IMG/VR virus record: IMGVR_UViG_3300026097_000805
Span: 64,001 to 128,000 of that record
Source: a virus
Length of the DNA: 64,000 nucleotides
Reading direction: 5' to 3' (one strand)
This document shows positions 46,977 through 54,272 of this stretch, one piece after another. The notes below the pieces were generated by a model, which made no database searches, had not been told where the DNA came from, and saw nothing but the letters and a program-made list of their open reading frames with translations. Every line of letters begins with the position of its first letter. Position 1 is the stretch's first letter. The position numbers and the translations under genes were made by a program.

Positions 46977-48071
46977 TTATCTAGAGATTTGACCGAATGG
47001 TTTCCAAGCACCCGGAGTACCATCAGTTATACATATCCAACCAACCCATCCAGTTGGTTGCGGATTGTCATTCCAAATTATATCCCCTTTACGATATGAT
47101 CCAGTTTGCGGTTCGCTTGAACCTACTTCTTGCTTCTTATTTTGAAAACGTACAGGACCTGCTGTTGTGATATCAACATCGTCTCCAAAGTTTTTTACTC
47201 TTACGCCAATTCGGTCTGCAAAAGTTGTTCTTTCATGAACTCTTATACCGCCTGTTGGTTCGAAACTGATTCTACGAGAATCATCTGTGACAATATCAAA
47301 ACCGCTTGTTGTCCATGTTCCTAATTTAAAGCGTAAATCATCTGTGTAGTCTATAACAAATTCATGCTCTAAACTTTTAACACTTAGGGCACCATTTGGT
47401 TCCATTGTGCCTAATCCAAGACGCATGGAATTTGGATCATAGTGTACAAAGTTGTCTATTGTAAAGGATCCTGCAACATCTAGTTTAGTCAAAGTGCCTA
47501 CAGTTCTTAGTGAGCTGTTTCTAATGCCGACGCCTAGGCTATCACTACTTAATACAGTCTGACCTGCTATACAATATTCTTTGTCTCTAGCAATGTCGAG
47601 CGTTTCGCTGGAAAATAATCTATCAGGATTGCCCTGCATTGTTAATTGTCTAGTATTACCTTGGCCAGTCCAAACAAGTCCTTTGTTTGCAATAGAACCA
47701 TTTTCTGCTTTGAACTCTAGTGGTCCTGTTCTTTCGTTTCGAACGTCTGCACTGATTTCGTCTACGTGTAGTTTAGTAGCTGTAATTTCTCCTTCGACTG
47801 TAAGCGAACCTTTTACAGTTAAAGGGTTTAAGATTTCTTTTGCTTCTAGTGCAGGAGCAATAATTTTATCATTTTCTATTACAAGTACAGGTTTCTCTGC
47901 ATACGTTGCATTGTCTTTTATGCCTACACTAGCAAATTTTGCAATCTTGCCGCCCATTATCTTATCGCCACTTAACTCTCTATCGAGTATCTGTGGTTTA
48001 GGAACCGGACGATTTTGTAGTTCTTCGATTGTTTCTGCTAGTGCAACTAGGCTATTTTTAAGTTCGCTCAT
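46977..48071 (-). CDS. Probable virion/tail structural protein
   Basis: Beta-rich; C-terminal KGDIIWN..P...GWVGWIC...G.PG.W..FG; GATAAATA at 48099-48106. Confidence 0.7.
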   Translation of the reverse strand: MSELKNSLVALAETIEELQNRPVPKPQILDRELSGDKIMGGKIAKFASVGIKDNATYAEKPVLVIENDKIIAPALEAKEILNPLTVKGSLTVEGEITATKLHVDEISADVRNERTGPLEFKAENGSIANKGLVWTGQGNTRQLTMQGNPDRLFSSETLDIARDKEYCIAGQTVLSSDSLGVGIRNSSLRTVGTLTKLDVAGSFTIDNFVHYDPNSMRLGLGTMEPNGALSVKSLEHEFVIDYTDDLRFKLGTWTTSGFDIVTDDSRRISFEPTGGIRVHERTTFADRIGVRVKNFGDDVDITTAGPVRFQNKKQEVGSSEPQTGSYRKGDIIWNDNPQPTGWVGWICITDGTPGAWKPFGQISR

Positions 48072-48104
48072 TTGATAAATCCTGCTATTATGCAACAGTA
48101 TTTA

Positions 48105-49406
48105 TCAAGAAACCTTTAGCAGTATCGTATCTGGATTACATCGACCATTGAGTTTTGTGTCTGTAGTAGCAATGTCATCTAAGAACTTACGTAGTGCTAC
48201 TTTACCTGCACTCTTAAATGCTTTGAGTTGCTCTTCAGGTTTGCGCAGAGTCTTTTGAATACTTAGTGCTTCGTCAAAGCCAATAATAGTTGTACCTTTC
48301 ACACTAAGCCCACTACCTTCACGCTTCATTCCTTTAGGATCAATGTTAGCGGCAACATACTTGCCCAGTTTGCGTGTTTTTACGTTAAATACCCAAAGCT
48401 CATTAGCACCTACAACGTCTACAGGATTAACACTTGCTAGACTGTACTTGGCATCTGTCTTACAGTACTTGAGCTTCTCCACTAGTTTAGTAGCACTCTT
48501 AGGCTTGGCCTTGCGTGGCTTGCGTGTCGCCTTTGCACTTTCAATTAGGAAGTCTAGTGCAGTCATTAGTTCTTCAATAGCAGTACGCAACTTTTTAATG
48601 TCTGCTTTTTTAATGTGTGCATAGCCTTCTTTAAGTTGTGCCCACAGGTCAGCTTCTTTTTCGTCTAGTTTTTTAAGTTGTCCTGCTGTAGGCATGCGTT
48701 CTAGCTCGTCATAGTCTGTTAGTTCATTTTCATAAAATGCTTTTAGCTTGCGAGCGTGTGCTTGTGTGACTCCCATGTCCATAAAGTGCTTTTTAAAGTC
48801 AAAGCCTTTAGGATCAAACGTAGCAGGATCAAGAATCCAACCTTCCAACCAACTGTCGATCTTTTCACTTTGCTGACGAGCCTGTTCCGTCAATCGTTCT
48901 TGGATAGTAGGAACATATACATCCTTCTTGTCTTTTTCCTCTTCTTGCTTTTCTTCTACGACAGTACTACCAATGTCAATAGCATGTTCAATACGCTTCT
49001 TTAAAAATTCTGTTATAGGACGTTTACTGCCTTGTGTGCCAGGAAGGCTTTCCCAAAACTCGTTTTCTTTCTCGCTGTAGTCAGGAGCTCCGTCCATAAG
49101 TGTATGGGCTAAGATACCAGCTGTGACACTTAATGCATGTCCTGGTGCAGCCTTAGCATGTTTAATTTGCTCTTTGCTATACTCACCGCTTTGCTCCATC
49201 CATTTAAATGCTGCTTGATATAAGTCAGCAGGTTTGAAGTTTTCGTAATAGAAGCTACGGCAAAATTCTCTATGGCGATGGATCTGTTCTCCAGTCCATT
49301 CTTCCCAGCCGTCCCAACCAGGCGAAGCAAGTTTACCACCGCGCTTTACACGAGGTGCAGCTCGTGGTGCTTTCTTTTTAACTTTTACGCCTGCTACTGT
49401 TGCCAT
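48105..49406 (-). CDS. Large-phage hypothetical protein
   Basis: TIQERL; C-terminal LWVFNVKTRKLGKY...KTLRKPEEQL...GRCN; own sigma70 promoter. Confidence 0.8.
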   Translation of the reverse strand: MATVAGVKVKKKAPRAAPRVKRGGKLASPGWDGWEEWTGEQIHRHREFCRSFYYENFKPADLYQAAFKWMEQSGEYSKEQIKHAKAAPGHALSVTAGILAHTLMDGAPDYSEKENEFWESLPGTQGSKRPITEFLKKRIEHAIDIGSTVVEEKQEEEKDKKDVYVPTIQERLTEQARQQSEKIDSWLEGWILDPATFDPKGFDFKKHFMDMGVTQAHARKLKAFYENELTDYDELERMPTAGQLKKLDEKEADLWAQLKEGYAHIKKADIKKLRTAIEELMTALDFLIESAKATRKPRKAKPKSATKLVEKLKYCKTDAKYSLASVNPVDVVGANELWVFNVKTRKLGKYVAANIDPKGMKREGSGLSVKGTTIIGFDEALSIQKTLRKPEEQLKAFKSAGKVALRKFLDDIATTDTKLNGRCNPDTILLKVS

Positions 49407-49433
49407 GTGAATTCTCCTAACTGTTTAATTGCT

Positions 49434-49462
49434 AGTATATAGCCGTTGAGGATTTTTGTCAA
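49434..49462 (-). promoter_or_regulatory. Sigma70-type promoter
   Basis: TTGACA-17 nt-TATACT. Confidence 0.8.
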
Positions 49463-49698
49463 CTCTTTTTGAGTGCCCAGAAGGTAGCATACTTGTCTTC
49501 TAGACAACCTGTGATTATAATACGATGACCAAATATGCTAGGATCTATCATTGTTTGCCATTCTATGTCTGTGGCTTTTTCCATACAGAACTTGCCCTCG
49601 GGTGTTTGTTGCCATTCATAGATAGGCTGTGCGGCATAGATTTCTACGTCCTCTACATCTCCTAGTGTAAATTCGTGTAGCTTATACCTACTTAGCAT
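49459..49698 (-). CDS. Hypothetical protein
   Basis: DVEIYAAQPIYEWQQTPEG; abuts the ligase stop. Confidence 0.7.
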   Translation of the reverse strand: MLSRYKLHEFTLGDVEDVEIYAAQPIYEWQQTPEGKFCMEKATDIEWQTMIDPSIFGHRIIITGCLEDKYATFWALKKS

Positions 49699-51003
49699 TT
49701 ATATTTTTTCGTTAGGCTCAAAGCCTCTGAATGTTTTGAATCTTGGAAATCGCAAACTATATGTACCATCTTGATTTTGTGTAATTGCATCTGCTCTTAC
49801 TTCGACTAAATTGCCGATAATAGCATTGCGATTATTCCAAAACTCGTCCCGATGAACATCAGAAAAGCCACTACCCACGTTAACGCGAATATCTTTTCCA
49901 TCATCGATCCCCTCACAAACGAATGCTCCAAGACGTCCTTGATTCCTGCCAGTGCCTTCTTCAACTTCCTTTACCTCCAGTGTGACTTCAATAAATGGTT
50001 TTGCTTTGAGCCAAGCATGTGTACGCTTGCATTCATAAGGTGCGTCAATGTCTTTGATCATAACACCTTCATATCCACCGTCTACAGCCGCTTTATTAAG
50101 CTCTACAAAGCGAGCTTCGCCTTCTGGTGTGTCTAAGTCTACTTCTTCCCAATCCAACGCTTGTACGTGCTCTAAGACGTCCTTGTGATCTTCTACCCAG
50201 TGCTTGGTGATCTCACTACGGAAGCTCTGAGGCTTATCCCACGAACCATTCTGGAAACAACCTAGCGGAATAGTATCAAACAAGTGCAGTACAGCATCGT
50301 TTGCTTCTACATTGTCTTTGCGATGCACTTGCTTCATAAGGTCTTGGAAGTTAGCACTCATTACTTCACCGTCTAACACTAGCGGATAAGGTACAGGATA
50401 CTCTGCAACAACTGCTTCAAGTTCTTCAATGATGTGCCCAAAGTTGTGAAACTGTTTTCCGTTGCGACTAAACATTTCTACTTTGTTGCCGCGAATAATT
50501 GTAATAACACGAACACCATCAAGTTTGATTTCAATCTGTTTCTTGCCACGCATCTTCTTTTCGTGCTTGAGACTGTCATGTGCAAGCGCACAAGTAAACA
50601 CAGGCACAGTACCTGGCACTACTTTGTTCACAGTCTTTTCACTTACACCACAGCGCAGGTCTTTGATAAGGATACGTCGATACCAGTCATTCCATTGTTC
50701 CTTTGTTGCTACTTCCATAGCAAGTAGGATGGCATCGCGAGCAGCGTGTCCAGTTGCATCTCTGTTGATCAACAAGTCAGTAAGTTTTACAAAGTTATCC
50801 CAGTGCAAGCCTTGTCCTGTATCTTCTTCTTTGACAGGCACTTGTTTTACACCAAAAGTCACAAGTGGGTCCAATGCCATACGCAAGCCTTCAAAGAACT
50901 CTGGAAGTCCTTCTTTATGTGCGGCAAGAATAATATCTTCTTTGTTAAGACGACTGTTGTGTATTTCTAATTGTCGTATAATTTGATCTGGCTGGGTTCG
51001 CAT
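49699..51003 (-). CDS. ATP-dependent DNA ligase
   Basis: EIKLDGVR (KxDG), LDGEV, LFD, EGVMIK, WLKAKP, SLRFPRF; start at MRTQPD. Confidence 0.95.
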   Translation of the reverse strand: MRTQPDQIIRQLEIHNSRLNKEDIILAAHKEGLPEFFEGLRMALDPLVTFGVKQVPVKEEDTGQGLHWDNFVKLTDLLINRDATGHAARDAILLAMEVATKEQWNDWYRRILIKDLRCGVSEKTVNKVVPGTVPVFTCALAHDSLKHEKKMRGKKQIEIKLDGVRVITIIRGNKVEMFSRNGKQFHNFGHIIEELEAVVAEYPVPYPLVLDGEVMSANFQDLMKQVHRKDNVEANDAVLHLFDTIPLGCFQNGSWDKPQSFRSEITKHWVEDHKDVLEHVQALDWEEVDLDTPEGEARFVELNKAAVDGGYEGVMIKDIDAPYECKRTHAWLKAKPFIEVTLEVKEVEEGTGRNQGRLGAFVCEGIDDGKDIRVNVGSGFSDVHRDEFWNNRNAIIGNLVEVRADAITQNQDGTYSLRFPRFKTFRGFEPNEKI

Positions 51004-51182
51004 CTTTGTTCTGGCTCCATGTCTAATGATTCGTGAAAGTCGAACACTGTCCAACCTTGTAATGCATACATTGTAGCATGAGAAGGCGTACAGAGCAAGA
51101 TTTTTTGCTCCATATACCCTGCGGTTTCTACTCGAGCGTGTTCTACAAATCGCTCGATACTGTATAGTCTGTGTTCAATCAT
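50967..51182 (-). CDS. Hypothetical protein
   Basis: Fills the gap between flanking genes. Confidence 0.5.
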   Translation of the reverse strand: MIEHRLYSIERFVEHARVETAGYMEQKILLCTPSHATMYALQGWTVFDFHESLDMEPEQRCEPSQIKLYDN

Positions 51183-51327
51183 CCCAATCAATTTTGTTGT
51201 ACTTAGGTTTCTTTTTGATCTTGTTTTTGATCACTTGTGGACGGAAGGGACCTTGTGGATCCCTTACCGCCTTTGCTTCAAAGTTGCGTCTCTTGGGTGC
51301 TTGAGGACGTCTTAGTTTCTTGGACAT
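51175..51327 (-). CDS. 50-aa basic protein, ArfA-like candidate (not in ORF track)
   Basis: MSKKLRRPQAPKRRNFEAKAVRDPQGPFRPQVIKNKIKKKPKYNKIDWDD; TAATG-coupled. Confidence 0.65.
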   Translation of the reverse strand: MSKKLRRPQAPKRRNFEAKAVRDPQGPFRPQVIKNKIKKKPKYNKIDWDD

Positions 51328-51866
51328 TATACAACCCTTAGATCCTCAATGTTTATAGGAGTGTAGTCAATATGCTCTACACAAACACATCTGTGATGTT
51401 CTGTTGGACTTGGATTCTGATGAATATGTCCGTGAACATTTAACAACTGCTCACCTGCCTTGTTGTGACGATAGCGGTACAGTCCACTAGGGTCCAACGG
51501 AATGTGACTCAACAACAACCCATGCTCGTGAAACTCTCTCCACACAACAACCTTGGTGACAAGTCCGTTCTGAATAAAGAACTTGGCATCATCGTGATTG
51601 CCAAGAACTAATCTTTTAGAACCATTCAGTCTGGCCCATAAACTTCTAAAAGTGTCTTTATTGCCAAAAAACACATCACCCAAGTGGTATACAATATCAC
51701 CGGGCTTGACAACACGGTTCCAGTTTTCGATCATTGTTTCGTCCATTTCTTCAACAGAACTAAAACGATCGCCACGAACTAACTTACCTGTGCGTGAATC
51801 CACAAAGTTAAGGATATTGGCATGTTGAAAGTGTGTATCACTAATTAACCAAATATCTCTAGACAT
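51327..51866 (-). CDS. Calcineurin-like metallophosphoesterase
   Basis: SDTHF, HLGD, GNHD, SHIP, HGHIH. Confidence 0.92.
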   Translation of the reverse strand: MSRDIWLISDTHFQHANILNFVDSRTGKLVRGDRFSSVEEMDETMIENWNRVVKPGDIVYHLGDVFFGNKDTFRSLWARLNGSKRLVLGNHDDAKFFIQNGLVTKVVVWREFHEHGLLLSHIPLDPSGLYRYRHNKAGEQLLNVHGHIHQNPSPTEHHRCVCVEHIDYTPINIEDLRVV

Positions 51867-51895
51867 GTTGCCCTCCTTTCTTAAGTGTTAATAGT

Positions 51896-51924
51896 ATTAT
51901 ATGTGTATTTAACTTGTTTGTCAA
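51896..51924 (-). promoter_or_regulatory. Consensus sigma70 promoter
   Basis: TTGACA-17 nt-TATAAT; TAAATA in the spacer. Confidence 0.85.
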
Positions 51925-51931
51925 CCAATAG

Positions 51932-52007
51932 TGGTGCTAGAGGACGGAATCGAACCGCCGACACGAGAATCTTCAATACCCTGCTCTACCGACTGAGCTA
52001 CTCTAGC
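51932..52007 (-). tRNA. tRNA-Phe(GAA)
   Basis: 76-nt cloverleaf, encoded CCA; U-U mismatch in the anticodon stem. Confidence 0.9.
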
Positions 52008-52011
52008 ATTA

Positions 52012-52082
52012 TGGTAGTAAATGATAGAATCGAACTATCTCTTCAGGCTTATGAGACCCGAGTCCGGACCACCGGATTTACT
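52012..52082 (-). tRNA. Atypical tRNA(CAT), Met or Ile2
   Basis: Acceptor AGTAAAT/ATTTACT, T-loop TTCGATT, CCA; shortened D region; 71 nt. Confidence 0.75.
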
Positions 52083-52083
52083 A

Positions 52084-52166
52084 TGGAGTGCAAGACAGGA
52101 CTCGAACCTGCATAGTCTTACGACACGGATTTGCAATCCGATGCATAACCATTCTGCCACTTGCAC
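52084..52166 (-). tRNA. tRNA-Cys(GCA) with long variable arm
   Basis: Anticodon GCA, U73, CCA; 13-nt variable region GTC-GTAA-GAC-TAT; 83 nt. Confidence 0.9.
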
Positions 52167-52167
52167 A

Positions 52168-52242
52168 TGGCTGGGGCGGAAGGACTCGAACCTCCAATCG
52201 ACAGAATCAAAATCTGTTGCATTACCAATTATGCTACACCCC
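52168..52242 (-). tRNA. tRNA-Gln(TTG)
   Basis: U1-A72, G73, CCA. Confidence 0.95.
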
Positions 52243-52248
52243 AAAACT

Positions 52249-52324
52249 TGGTGGACTCGCTCGGATTCGAACCGAGGACCAATTGATTAAAAGTCAACTG
52301 CTCTACCAACTGAGCTACGAGTCC
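52249..52324 (-). tRNA. tRNA-Lys(TTT)
   Basis: Canonical 76-nt cloverleaf, CCA. Confidence 0.96.
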
Positions 52325-52325
52325 A

Positions 52326-52409
52326 TGGTGGGGAAGGTAGGATTCGAACCTACTCACTTTACGAACTGATTTACAGTCAGCCGCGCCTCTCCAACTGCGC
52401 CGCTTCCCC
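52326..52409 (-). tRNA. tRNA-Tyr(GTA)
   Basis: Class II cloverleaf, CCA. Confidence 0.95.
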
Positions 52410-52410
52410 A

Positions 52411-52486
52411 TGGTGTCAAAGGATGGACTTGAACCATCGACCTAACGGTTATCAGCCGTTTGCTCTACCAACTGAGCTACATTGAC
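52411..52486 (-). tRNA. tRNA-Ile(GAT)
   Basis: Canonical cloverleaf, CCA. Confidence 0.95.
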
Positions 52487-52491
52487 AAACT

Positions 52492-52565
52492 TGGCACCGG
52501 TCCAGGGAATCGAACCCCGAGTTTCAGTTTTGGAGACTGACGTGTTGCCATTACACTAGACCGAT
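52492..52565 (-). tRNA. tRNA-Trp(CCA)
   Basis: Anticodon arm TCAGT-CTCCAAA-ACTGA, G73, CCA. Confidence 0.93.
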
Positions 52566-52586
52566 ATAAAACTTTTTCCTCCTACT

Positions 52587-52627
52587 AAAAATAAAAAACC
52601 CCTGCTAATATCTCTACTAGCAGGGGT
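52587..52627 (-). terminator. Intrinsic terminator of attenuator 2
   Basis: ACCCCTGCTA-10 nt-TAGCAGGGGT followed by TTTTTATTTTT. Confidence 0.9.
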
Positions 52628-52651
52628 GCGTTAAATAACTTTTCTTGACTA

Positions 52652-52729
52652 CTATGTCAAAAGCACACTCCTGCCTTCGCTAAACCAGCGAATGCAATAT
52701 TGTTGAATATGTTTCATCATTGTAGTCAT
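52652..52729 (-). CDS. Leader peptide 2, MTTMMKHIQQYCIRWFSEGRSVLLT (25 aa)
   Basis: Between a promoter and a terminator; codons 19-22 complementary to the terminator 5' arm; codons 4-16 match the downstream tRNAs. Confidence 0.85.
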   Translation of the reverse strand: MTTMMKHIQQYCIRWFSEGRSVLLT

Positions 52730-52766
52730 TTCTATTTCTCTTTGTTTAATTTCTTAGTATGTGTAT

Positions 52767-52795
52767 ACTATACACGTTTATTTATCTTCTGTCAA
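52767..52795 (-). promoter_or_regulatory. Composite promoter for leader 2 and tRNA array 2
   Basis: TTGACA-17 nt-TATAGT with GATAAATA (52779-52786) in the spacer. Confidence 0.85.
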
Positions 52796-52810
52796 CCGTT
52801 TATTTTACTT

Positions 52811-52834
52811 TTTGACAATTTAGATACAATATTT
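52811..52834. repeat. Trailer arm of the 24-bp inverted repeat enclosing tRNA array 1
   Basis: TTTGACAATTTAGATACAATATTT is the exact reverse complement of 54211-54234. Confidence 0.92.
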
Positions 52835-52838
52835 TAAA

Positions 52839-52913
52839 TGGTACACCGTAGGGGAATCGAACCCCTCTTTCCTGCGTGAAAGGCAAGCGTCCTAACCGAT
52901 AGACGAACGGTGC
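52839..52913 (-). tRNA. tRNA-Glu(TTC)
   Basis: Canonical cloverleaf, CCA. Confidence 0.95.
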
Positions 52914-52918
52914 ATATA

Positions 52919-52995
<77 letters not shown>

Positions 52996-53001
52996 AATAA
53001 T

Positions 53002-53094
53002 TGGCGGTGAGGGTGGGATTTGAACCCACGGAACGCTATTAACGTTCGTCTGTTTTCAAGACAGGTGCAATAAGCCGGACTCTGCCACCTCACC
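53002..53094 (-). tRNA. tRNA-Ser(TGA)
   Basis: Class II, long variable arm, G73, CCA. Confidence 0.95.
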
Positions 53095-53101
53095 AATAAA
53101 T

Positions 53102-53387
53102 TGGCAGCCCGTTAGCCACACACCGTTGGAATGATGCTTGTGACCCCTACACTGTAATAGCCCTGCTGTCTAGTTTATCAGTCTAGGGCACAAACTATTG
53201 TTTAGGTATAGGACTTTTGCTTCTCACTAAAGACCGCCACGGACCAACGGACGGCACTCTTTAGAACTAACACTAATGCAAAGAGCAAGTGGTTAACCAA
53301 TGCATCGACCTAGTTACTTGATAGACTATATCATATCTTTCGCTACTATCGGGCGGTTCAGGCCCTTATCGCCGTCTCTTTCGAGCT
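53102..53387 (-). ncRNA. Unidentified ~286-nt structured RNA ending in CCA
   Basis: 5' AGCUCG pairs with 3' CGGGCU before G-CCA; several internal stems; sits in a tRNA slot of the array; no listed ORF. Confidence 0.6.
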
Positions 53388-53397
53388 AGTGTGTAGT

Positions 53398-53473
53398 TGG
53401 TAGCGGGAGCAGGAATCGAACCTACCTCAGTCCGGCTTATGAGACCAGTGAGTTCCCAGAACTCTATCCCGCA
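53398..53473 (-). tRNA. Initiator-like tRNA-fMet(CAT)
   Basis: 1:72 mismatch (U-U), GCGGG acceptor, CCA. Confidence 0.85.
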
Positions 53474-53476
53474 ACT

Positions 53477-53550
53477 TGGAGCGGATACCGAGAATCGAAC
53501 TCGGACGATCACGTTGGCAACGTGAGAGGCTACCTTTACATCATATCCGC
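53477..53550 (-). tRNA. tRNA-Gly(GCC)
   Basis: U73, CCA. Confidence 0.93.
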
Positions 53551-53554
53551 AATA

Positions 53555-53630
53555 TGGTGGAGATACGCGGGATCGAACCGCGGACCTGAAGCTTGCAAAG
53601 CTACTGCTCTCCCATCTGAGCTATATCCCC
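53555..53630 (-). tRNA. tRNA-Ala(TGC)
   Basis: G3-U70, CCA. Confidence 0.96.
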
Positions 53631-53635
53631 ATTAA

Positions 53636-53712
<77 letters not shown>

Positions 53713-53719
53713 TTTAATA

Positions 53720-53802
53720 TGGTGCCCTGGGGGAGACTCGAACTCCCACTCCGAAGAACTGGTACCTAAAACCAGCGTGTCTACCAATTCCACCACCAGG
53801 GC
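53720..53802 (-). tRNA. tRNA-Leu(TAG)
   Basis: Class II, CCA. Confidence 0.95.
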
Positions 53803-53808
53803 AATTTA

Positions 53809-53883
53809 TGGTGCTGATGGAGAGAATCGAACTCCCAATCTACGCATTACAAGTGCGTTGCCTTACCATTCGGCCACATCAGC
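53809..53883 (-). tRNA. tRNA-Thr(TGT)
   Basis: Canonical cloverleaf, CCA. Confidence 0.95.
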
Positions 53884-53889
53884 AATATT

Positions 53890-53964
53890 TGGAGCGGGTG
53901 GACGGGATCGAACCGACGACACCTGACTTGGAAGGACAGTGCTCTACCACTGAGCTACACCCGC
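53890..53964 (-). tRNA. tRNA-Gly(TCC)
   Basis: U73, CCA. Confidence 0.95.
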
Positions 53965-53968
53965 AATA

Positions 53969-54057
53969 TGGCGGAGCGACTGGGAGTCGAACCCAGTGAA
54001 CGCGGTTAGCGTTCTACGGATTAGCAATCCGCTGCATTACCATCCTGCCCCCGCTCC
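53969..54057 (-). tRNA. tRNA-Ser(GCT)
   Basis: Class II, G73, CCA. Confidence 0.95.
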
Positions 54058-54127
54058 GTATGTGTTTGGCTCTACCCTCCCCTCTGGGCGATTTAACTAA
54101 CGAGGCATCTTGCGTTAGTACCATGTT

Positions 54128-54202
54128 TGGCTCCCGGTGTTGGAATCGAACCAACCAATGACGGATTAACAGTCCGCTCCCCCACCTTGGGGGCAACCGG
54201 GA
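54128..54202 (-). tRNA. tRNA-Asn(GTT)
   Basis: U1-A72, G73, CCA. Confidence 0.93.
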
Positions 54203-54210
54203 ATAAACCT

Positions 54211-54234
54211 AAATATTGTATCTAAATTGTCAAA
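54211..54234. repeat. Leader arm of the 24-bp inverted repeat enclosing tRNA array 1
   Basis: Exact reverse complement of 52811-52834. Confidence 0.92.
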
Positions 54235-54261
54235 GAGCGTGTAGCAAGTTCTTCTTGCTAC
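54228..54261 (-). promoter_or_regulatory. rrn-like antitermination leader (boxB-like hairpin plus boxA-like motif)
   Basis: GTAGCAAG-5 nt-CTTGCTAC then CGCTCTTTGACA (10/12 to E. coli rrn boxA TGCTCTTTAACA). Confidence 0.65.
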
Positions 54262-54272
54262 GTTATGTATAT

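Noticed and set aside
47581-48075. 164-aa plus-strand ORF
   Set aside because: Antisense shadow of the 46977-48071 gene; Ser/Leu-rich, as expected for the reverse frame.
50462-50986. 174-aa plus-strand ORF
   Set aside because: Antisense shadow of the DNA ligase; no SD or recognisable motif.
52630-52660. Possible promoter or boxA in TGCTTTTGACA at the end of leader 2
   Set aside because: The hexamer at the 17-nt spacing is TATTTA, a poor -10, and the boxA match needs a deletion; better explained as leader coding plus a small hairpin over the stop.
53320-53345. Group I intron S-like motif AAGAUAUGAUAUAGUC
   Set aside because: No R element precedes it in the right order, no interrupted host gene, and both flanking tRNAs are intact.
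53102-53397. tmRNA call for the CCA-ending RNA
   Set aside because: No GGGGC 5' end, G3-U70 alanine acceptor or T-arm before CCA; the frame from GCA AAA reads AKVLYLNNSLCPRLIN, which is not a degradation tag.
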